Below are positions 57,928-64,000 of a DNA stretch of 64,000 nt, piece after piece (position 1 is the stretch's first letter; each line of letters opens with the position of its first letter). The position numbers and the translations under genes are program-made. Below the pieces are notes generated by a model. The model ran no database searches, was not told the DNA's origin, and saw nothing but the letters and a program-made list of their open reading frames with translations. The stretch lies in assembly GCA_043826455.1 (NCBI GenBank), contig JBDRQD010000048.1, positions 192,001-256,000 on the forward strand, read 5' to 3'. This DNA comes from Candidatus Bathyarchaeota archaeon. Lineage in GTDB: Archaea > Thermoproteota > Bathyarchaeia > TCS64.

Positions 57928-58910
57928 CTCTTACCTATGAACTCCTTGGGTACTTCTGTCTGCTCCAGGATCTCGTTGAGGATGGCGTCCGCGCTGAAGC
58001 TGCCCTCCAGCACGTACTCCATCTTCATTATTATCCTGTGGCCCAGGGCGTCGTGGACGAACATCTTCACGTCGTCGGGTGTCACGAAACTTCGGCCCGT
58101 TATGGCTGCGTGGGCCCTAGCCACCTTGAGAAGGGCTAGGCCGCCTCTGGGGCTGGCCCCCACCTCCACCACGGGGTGCCTCCTGGTCTCCCTGATAACC
58201 TGGCTTATGTAGTCGATGATCTTGTCGTCCACGTAGATCTGCTCCTCTATGAAGCGTTGGAGGGAGCGGAAGGTGGCCTCGTTGGTGACGGGCTGGATGA
58301 AGCCGCTGGGGTCGTCCTGCTTCCAGAAGATGCGGCGCTTCATGATGAGGCTCTCCTGGGCCAGGGTCTCCACATAGCCCATGCTCATCTTCAGGAGGAA
58401 CCTGTCCATCTGGGCCTCAGGCAGAGGGTAGGTTCCCTCCATCTCTATGGGGTTCTGGGTGGCTATGACGAAGAAGGGCTCGGCCAGCTTGTGGGTCTCA
58501 CCCTCTATGGTGACCTGCCGCTCCTCCATGGCCTCCAGGAGGCCGCTCTGTGTCTTAGGCGGAGCCCTGTTGATCTCGTCGGCCAGGAGCACGTTGGTGA
58601 ATATGGGACCCTTCTCCAGGACGAACTGGCTCTGCTGGGCCCTCCACACCCTGGTGCCCAGGATGTCGGCGGGCATGAGGTCCGGGGTGAACTGGACCCT
58701 GCTCCAATGGCAGCCCACTATCTTGGCGTACAGCTTGGCTAGAAGCGTCTTCCCCAGCCCGGGGTAGTCCTCGAAGAGTACGTGGCCGTTGGCCAGGCTG
58801 GCGGCCAGAAGCTTCCTGAGCACCATCCGTTTTCCCACGTAAACCTTTCCAAGTCCCTCCAGTATGGCGTTGCTGACCGCCCTTACCTGGTCCACATGCA
58901 TCGATGTCAT
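57924..58910 (-). CDS. MoxR-family AAA+ ATPase
   Basis: PGLGKT, QFTPDLMPAD, DEINRAPPKTQS, TQNPIE.EGTYPLPEAQMDRF. Confidence 0.95.
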   Translation of the reverse strand: MTSMHVDQVRAVSNAILEGLGKVYVGKRMVLRKLLAASLANGHVLFEDYPGLGKTLLAKLYAKIVGCHWSRVQFTPDLMPADILGTRVWRAQQSQFVLEKGPIFTNVLLADEINRAPPKTQSGLLEAMEERQVTIEGETHKLAEPFFVIATQNPIEMEGTYPLPEAQMDRFLLKMSMGYVETLAQESLIMKRRIFWKQDDPSGFIQPVTNEATFRSLQRFIEEQIYVDDKIIDYISQVIRETRRHPVVEVGASPRGGLALLKVARAHAAITGRSFVTPDDVKMFVHDALGHRIIMKMEYVLEGSFSADAILNEILEQTEVPKEFIGKR

Positions 58911-58922
58911 TTCCTTGTTCTC

Positions 58923-60152
58923 CTAACTCACTATCTTCATTCCCGCTTCCTCGGCCGGGACGGCCTCCCTCATGAGGCCGCCCAGGCCGAGCTGGTTGAT
59001 CCTTCCCACTGTGCGCTGCAGTAACTGCATGCGCCTCTCCTGGTTCCCCCGCTGCACCCTCTCGGCGCTGCCCTTTCTGGCTATGTTGGGAGGCCTGTCG
59101 TCCTCGTACTTGATGAGCTCCCTGAGGGTGCTGGCTATCTCCGCCTCCGAGGCCCTGTTCTCCTCCAGGAACCTGAAGAGCTTTACGAGGAGCCTCTCCT
59201 TGTGGCCCTCCCTCACGAACTCGTTGATGATGTCGGTGAAGTCCTCCAGGGCCTTGCCCTTCGTCGGGCTCAGGTCCTGCACGTGCTTGCCCCAGGCCCC
59301 GGCCTCGAAGGGCACCATCATGGACTCCTGCATGCCTCTGCGGACGATGGTGAATATGAGGGCCCCCAGGACGACTATGCCCGTCCACTCCACGTAGGGG
59401 CTGAGCTGCCTGATGACGGGGCTCACCTGCACCAGGCGCCCGCTTATGAAGTTGAAGTAGAGGGTGCCTATGAGGCTCATGGCCGCCACGAAGGGGTAGC
59501 TGCTGGCTATTCCGCCGGCCTGGGCAAGGTACGCGTTCCTTGAGTCCCTGAATATGCCTATCATGGTGATGACGGCGGCCACGGCGAAGCCCCAGTTGAG
59601 CATATCCTTGATGAGGAGCACCTGGTCTGACTCGGGGACCCCCGGCGTCACCATGTACAGGTTAGCCAGCTGGACGCACACCTGGCCCAGGATGAACATG
59701 GTGGCTGAGCCTGACACCACCCTGATGTAGTGCTGACCCCTGATCTCAGCCGCGGCGGCCAGTATGTTGTAGATGAAGAACACGGAGAATGCGCCCATCA
59801 CCAGGTACCCGGCCACCTGTGTAGCCTGGCTTATGGGCTGCAGCATCATGAAGAAGGCTATGATGCCCGCGAAGCCGCCTGCTATCATGCCGCTCACTAG
59901 GACCCTGTTGAGGCGGCCCTCGAAGAATATGGTGAGGAGGGTGGCCGCGTAGAAGAAGGCCATGCCCCCTAGTATGGGGAGGAGGACGACGGCTATGCCC
60001 TCGTTCACCAGGGCCTCGGGCATGTAGGGGAGGAAGCTGCCGAAGTCCCCCACTGTGAAGGGGGTGATGAAGCTGACGCCCCCTAGGACACCTGCCACGA
60101 AGAGGAACAGGGCCGTTGATCTTATGAGTCTGCTACGGTTCTCCGCGTCCAC
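58923..60152 (-). CDS. Polytopic membrane protein (MoxR operon)
   Basis: About 8 TM plus soluble C-terminal tail. Confidence 0.75.
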   Translation of the reverse strand: MDAENRSRLIRSTALFLFVAGVLGGVSFITPFTVGDFGSFLPYMPEALVNEGIAVVLLPILGGMAFFYAATLLTIFFEGRLNRVLVSGMIAGGFAGIIAFFMMLQPISQATQVAGYLVMGAFSVFFIYNILAAAAEIRGQHYIRVVSGSATMFILGQVCVQLANLYMVTPGVPESDQVLLIKDMLNWGFAVAAVITMIGIFRDSRNAYLAQAGGIASSYPFVAAMSLIGTLYFNFISGRLVQVSPVIRQLSPYVEWTGIVVLGALIFTIVRRGMQESMMVPFEAGAWGKHVQDLSPTKGKALEDFTDIINEFVREGHKERLLVKLFRFLEENRASEAEIASTLRELIKYEDDRPPNIARKGSAERVQRGNQERRMQLLQRTVGRINQLGLGGLMREAVPAEEAGMKIVS

Positions 60153-62241
60153 TCTTCATCAACTCTATGATTAGCTCTATTGTGGCGTTGGTACGCTTAA
60201 AGTCCTCCGCGGTGACGGTGATGTTGCTGTACATGGCTATCTCGTAGCTGGTCACCAGGTCCTCCAGGGCCAGGTGGGCGTTGCCGGGCAGCCGGTCCAT
60301 GAGGGTCCGCTCGAACTCCCTGGGGGTCATGGTGTCGTCTATGTCCTGGTATATGCGCTGCATGGAGACGTAGAACCTGTTGAACAGCTTGACGACGCCC
60401 TCCTCGTAGCTGCCGTAGTCCAGGGGGGCACCGTCCTCGTAGCCGATCCTCTCCCTGGGCGTTGGGAGGCTGACCCTGGGCTCCAGGAACTCCTCCTCCT
60501 TCATTCGCCTGTTGCGCCGCGCCGCGTAGATGGCGACGCCGGCTGCGCCGCTTAGGGCGATTATTATGTTCTGGGGGAAGCCCAGGAGGATGGAGAGGAG
60601 GTCCGTTGGGTTGGGGGGCGGGACCAGGACGCTGACGCCGAAGGAGGTGGAACTGCCCAAGTAGAACCTGCTGCCACTCATGGTGAGGGTGATGTTCTCC
60701 TCGCCGTTCTCGGGGAACATGACCTGGTACTCGATTTTGCCCTCCGCGTCGCTCCTAAGTTGGAGGTCCTTGCCCAGGTAGGTGACAGTGAGGTTGACGT
60801 TGGTGATGGGTCTCCCGCTCTTCAGCTCTGTCAGTAAGCCCTTGTAGGTGACATTCTTGCCCGAGTACACCTGCCTGGGGCCGGTGACCTTGACGGCCGT
60901 CTCCGACATTACAGTTATTGGAGGGTCACTGAAGCTCTCATCATACTCCCGGTTCTTCATAGTGTGGGCTACCAGGTTGTAGTCCCCTACGTTAAGATCA
61001 GCGGCGTCGCAGGTGACGTTGAATAGCCCGTTCTCCACGGAGCCGACCCCAACTATCTGCCCGGTCTCGTTGGCGTCCTCCTTGTTCACCTTCAATATTA
61101 TCTCAACTTGGGGTCCCGATACTGCGGTGCCATTCAAGGTGGTCACGATGCCCCAGACATGGAACTTGCTGCCCTTCAACGCGACGGGGTCGTTGCCCGT
61201 GATGTTGGTGACAGTCTGCTGCCTGGTTATGTTCACATCTCCCTCGTCGTAGTGCTTGGGAGTGGCGTCGAAGATGACCCAGCCCTGGCCCTGAAACTTG
61301 GCCTCGACGTAGAGGTAAGCCTGCTGAGGCATCACGTACTGGATCTCGTTGTAAGGGTCGACCAAATAACCTATGACGGCGCGGGCCGGCAGCCCGGCGC
61401 TGCGGGCCAGGAGTATTAGGGCGCTGTTGAAGTGGCTGCCCACTCCCTCCCGGGTGTTGAATAGGAACCACTCCACTGGGTCGATGGTGCTCGGGGCGGG
61501 CCTGAAGTCCTTTTTGAACTTGTAGTTCTCCTTCAGGTAGGCCTCTATCGCCCGATACTTGTCGTAGGGAGAGGTGCGGCCTACTGTTATCTGCTGGGCC
61601 AAGGCGGCCAGCCTGGCCTTTACATTGTCGGGTACATTCAGCATGAGCTCGCTCCCCACTGGGTTAGCGGCCCTCAGTGAGGCCTCGTTGTAGTTGGGCA
61701 TCTGCCAGGAAACCCAGTACGGCTTGTCGAAGGGCCCCAGGGACAGGAAGCTCCGAGCCTCAGGTATGTAGGCGAGGCTTGTGTTGAGCATGAGGGTCAC
61801 GGTATTAGGCGCGACAGGTACATAGCCGCTGAACGTGGTTAGGGGCGTCACGTAGAACTGTTTAAAGGCGTAGGTGACCCGGCCCTCGTACTCGCTGGGG
61901 ATGAGCTGCCCGTTGTAGGTCTCCGACTGGTACTGCTTAGCCTCCACCCACCTGCCCAGCGTATAGTTCTCGGCGGGGTACCGCCTAAGGTACCTGGTGA
62001 AGGTCTGGAGCCTTATCTCCATGATGGGCCCCATCTCCCTAGGCTCCTCATCGTCCACGCTGACGCTCTCAGTGGACTTGCCCAGGGCCCCCGGGTCCAT
62101 GATGGGGTTCACTGGGCCGGGCCTGTCCTCGTCCAGGTCTAGGCGCGTGATGTCCCCCAGTATGCTGATGGCCGTCGAGAGCATACCTACACTTAGGGCT
62201 AGCACGATGAGCAGGAGCACGAGCCTGGCGTAGCTCTTCAA
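60133..62241 (-). CDS. Transglutaminase-like membrane protein with Ig-like domains and C-terminal DUF4129-like domain (catalytic residues substituted)
   Basis: FLFNTREG.GSHFNSA..LARSAGLPAR.V.GY, GWVIFDATP, TPREF..L...YE.A.YS. Confidence 0.85.
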   Translation of the reverse strand: MKSYARLVLLLIVLALSVGMLSTAISILGDITRLDLDEDRPGPVNPIMDPGALGKSTESVSVDDEEPREMGPIMEIRLQTFTRYLRRYPAENYTLGRWVEAKQYQSETYNGQLIPSEYEGRVTYAFKQFYVTPLTTFSGYVPVAPNTVTLMLNTSLAYIPEARSFLSLGPFDKPYWVSWQMPNYNEASLRAANPVGSELMLNVPDNVKARLAALAQQITVGRTSPYDKYRAIEAYLKENYKFKKDFRPAPSTIDPVEWFLFNTREGVGSHFNSALILLARSAGLPARAVIGYLVDPYNEIQYVMPQQAYLYVEAKFQGQGWVIFDATPKHYDEGDVNITRQQTVTNITGNDPVALKGSKFHVWGIVTTLNGTAVSGPQVEIILKVNKEDANETGQIVGVGSVENGLFNVTCDAADLNVGDYNLVAHTMKNREYDESFSDPPITVMSETAVKVTGPRQVYSGKNVTYKGLLTELKSGRPITNVNLTVTYLGKDLQLRSDAEGKIEYQVMFPENGEENITLTMSGSRFYLGSSTSFGVSVLVPPPNPTDLLSILLGFPQNIIIALSGAAGVAIYAARRNRRMKEEEFLEPRVSLPTPRERIGYEDGAPLDYGSYEEGVVKLFNRFYVSMQRIYQDIDDTMTPREFERTLMDRLPGNAHLALEDLVTSYEIAMYSNITVTAEDFKRTNATIELIIELMKSGRGEP

Positions 62242-62473
62242 TCTGATTCTTAACGTGGTTCCTACTGTTTTATCCTTTTAGCCCCCGGGGAGACTGTTTT
62301 TCGGCTTCTTCCTGTTTTTGTCTCACCTATGCGTGATGTTCACTTGTATGTGACGCGAAACTTGGGGTGGTGTTAGCCCCCTAAATATAGTGTTTCGTGT
62401 CAAGTTATTTCAAGGGGCTGAGAGTAACCCTCTATACGATAATTCTATACTCCTAAACCACCTTAGGGTACCC

Positions 62474-63820
62474 ATGTGGACTGTCAAGTCTGAGTCGGGC
62501 AGGCTCCGCGCCGTCCTAGTCCAGGACTCCGCGGAGCAGCTCTGGACCAGGAGGCTGCCCTTCGCAGGCGTAGAGAGCAGCACCCACTACTTGGCCAGGG
62601 ACCCCCACGCCCAGATGGAGCCGGGCCACGAAGAGTGGCTCCAGCTCCCCAAGATGCTCAAAGATGAGGGCGTCCGGGTCTTCGAGGTCAAGTCCATGCT
62701 GGAGAAGATACTGGAGGAGGCCACCGTGGCGGAGAGGGCGCAGATGGTGGAGGACGTCTGGGATGGGATGCCCGGGGCCCCCGACCCGGAGGAGCTTACC
62801 GTCGACCACTTCATGTGGGGACACCCGCCCAGGCCCTACTACGACGAGGCCTGTGACAGGGTGGTTCTCCCCGACCACAGGAGGGTAGCCTGGACCTATA
62901 CTAGGGACACCAGCTTCACCACTCAGGTGGGCGCAGTCATATGTAACATGAGGCGGTACAGCCGCCGATATGAGCCCCGGGTAGTGAAGCTCTGCTACAC
63001 CTACGACCCGGTGCTGAGGGAGAACACGGAGATCGTTTACGACGCCAACGAGGCCGAGGGCGTCTTCAGTGAGCCGCCCTGCGTGGAGGGGGGCGACACC
63101 CAGATCGTGGACGAGGAGACCATAGCCGTCGGCGTGGGCCAGCGGTCCACCGTCACCGGGGTCCTGGAGACGGCGAAGAGGCTCTTCCAGGCGGACACGG
63201 ATGGCCAGCTCAGGTACATATGCGCGGTGAGCCTTGCTGATTACCCCGCGGTGGACTACATGCACCTGGATGTCACCATCAACTACCCGGAGAGGGGTAG
63301 GGCCCTGGTCATGCCCTACGTCTATGACACCGAGCTGGTGCCCGACTACCCGCCTAAGAGGCTGCTGCTGAAGACCCTGGAGGCGGTCCGGGCTCAGGCC
63401 GAGGCCCACGGCCGCCCTATGGAGCCTCTGGTTCATCCTGACCACTTCAGGAACCTGGGCAGGACTGCTGTCTATGTCAATCGGGGTGGCAGGCCTGTGC
63501 TCCTCCGGAATGAGCTGAGTCTTCTGGACTTCTTGGTGAGGGAGGGCAAGCTGGAGCGGGATGGTCTCATCTATGTGGGTGGCAGGTCGGAGAAGCCTAA
63601 CGATGTGGAGCACCTCTTGGAGGCCATGATGGAGCAGAGCCGCGGCGCGGCCAACATAGTTACCGTCAAACCTGGGGTGGTCATCGCCTATGACAGGAAC
63701 AGGCGGACCAACGGGGAGCTGAGGGACCACGGCGTCACCGTCAGGGAGTGGAGCAGTAGCTATCTGGACCTTCTTGGTGGTCCTCATTGTAGTACCAGTC
63801 CTCTCTGGCGGGACCCTTAA
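62474..63820 (+). CDS. Arginine deiminase / amidinotransferase family protein
   Basis: SESGRLRAVLV, YTRD, EGGD, MHLD, GGPHCSTSPLWRD. Confidence 0.8.
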   Translation: MWTVKSESGRLRAVLVQDSAEQLWTRRLPFAGVESSTHYLARDPHAQMEPGHEEWLQLPKMLKDEGVRVFEVKSMLEKILEEATVAERAQMVEDVWDGMPGAPDPEELTVDHFMWGHPPRPYYDEACDRVVLPDHRRVAWTYTRDTSFTTQVGAVICNMRRYSRRYEPRVVKLCYTYDPVLRENTEIVYDANEAEGVFSEPPCVEGGDTQIVDEETIAVGVGQRSTVTGVLETAKRLFQADTDGQLRYICAVSLADYPAVDYMHLDVTINYPERGRALVMPYVYDTELVPDYPPKRLLLKTLEAVRAQAEAHGRPMEPLVHPDHFRNLGRTAVYVNRGGRPVLLRNELSLLDFLVREGKLERDGLIYVGGRSEKPNDVEHLLEAMMEQSRGAANIVTVKPGVVIAYDRNRRTNGELRDHGVTVREWSSSYLDLLGGPHCSTSPLWRDP

Positions 63821-63907
63821 GATTGGGTGGATTTGGGTTGTCTTCTTGTCTGGCGCTGTGTGAAGCCCTGGAGCCCTTATTTTAGGAGGTTTTTTCTTCC
63901 TAAAATC

Positions 63908-63930
63908 GATACCCCCCTACCTTTTTTGCA
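63908..63930 (-). repeat. Second copy of the 23-bp dispersed repeat
   Basis: GATACCCCCCTACCTTTTTTGCA is the reverse complement of 52300-52322. Confidence 0.85.
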
Positions 63931-64000
63931 CATATGCTCCGGGTCATGGTCTCGCGGTACGAGTTAACTCGTTTTATGACTGAAAAAACAGCCATAAAAT

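Noticed and set aside
1..64000. CRISPR array, tRNA or rRNA genes, integrase or transposase
   Set aside because: No regularly spaced repeats, cloverleafs, rRNA motifs or DDE/tyrosine-recombinase motifs recognised by eye

Overview
GC-rich archaeal chromosome segment. Evidence: an archaeal-type RNase P RNA, an XPD/Rad3 helicase, an SSB-type OB fold, a DUF1724 wHTH regulator, TATA-like promoters and AGGTGA ribosome-binding sites. Gene style suggests a Bathyarchaeia-like TACK archaeon (inference). Main results: (1) At 1.5-9.6 kb, a tightly packed five-gene locus with two very divergent tubulin/FtsZ-superfamily proteins, one with intact GTPase motifs and a ~450-aa coiled-coil insert, the other with degenerate motifs. 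Its partners are a polytopic membrane/coiled-coil protein, a PH-like protein and a single-pass surface protein, so it is a candidate membrane-anchored cytoskeletal system. (2) At 13.2-19.5 kb, a six-gene bacterial-type MurNAc/anhMurNAc (peptidoglycan sugar) salvage operon (MurK-like kinase, murQ, glycoside hydrolase, namZ, nagA, anmK) in an organism that should lack peptidoglycan. (3) A low-GC agmatinase gene bracketed by perfect 89-bp inverted repeats. (4) A degenerate duplicate of the RNase P RNA 3' end flanking an SDR gene, resembling an att site. The rest is mostly peptide, amide and amidine catabolic enzymes, a VapBC pair, purB and a MoxR-DUF58-transglutaminase operon whose transglutaminase appears catalytically inactive. 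All family calls come from motif recognition by eye; no searches were run.
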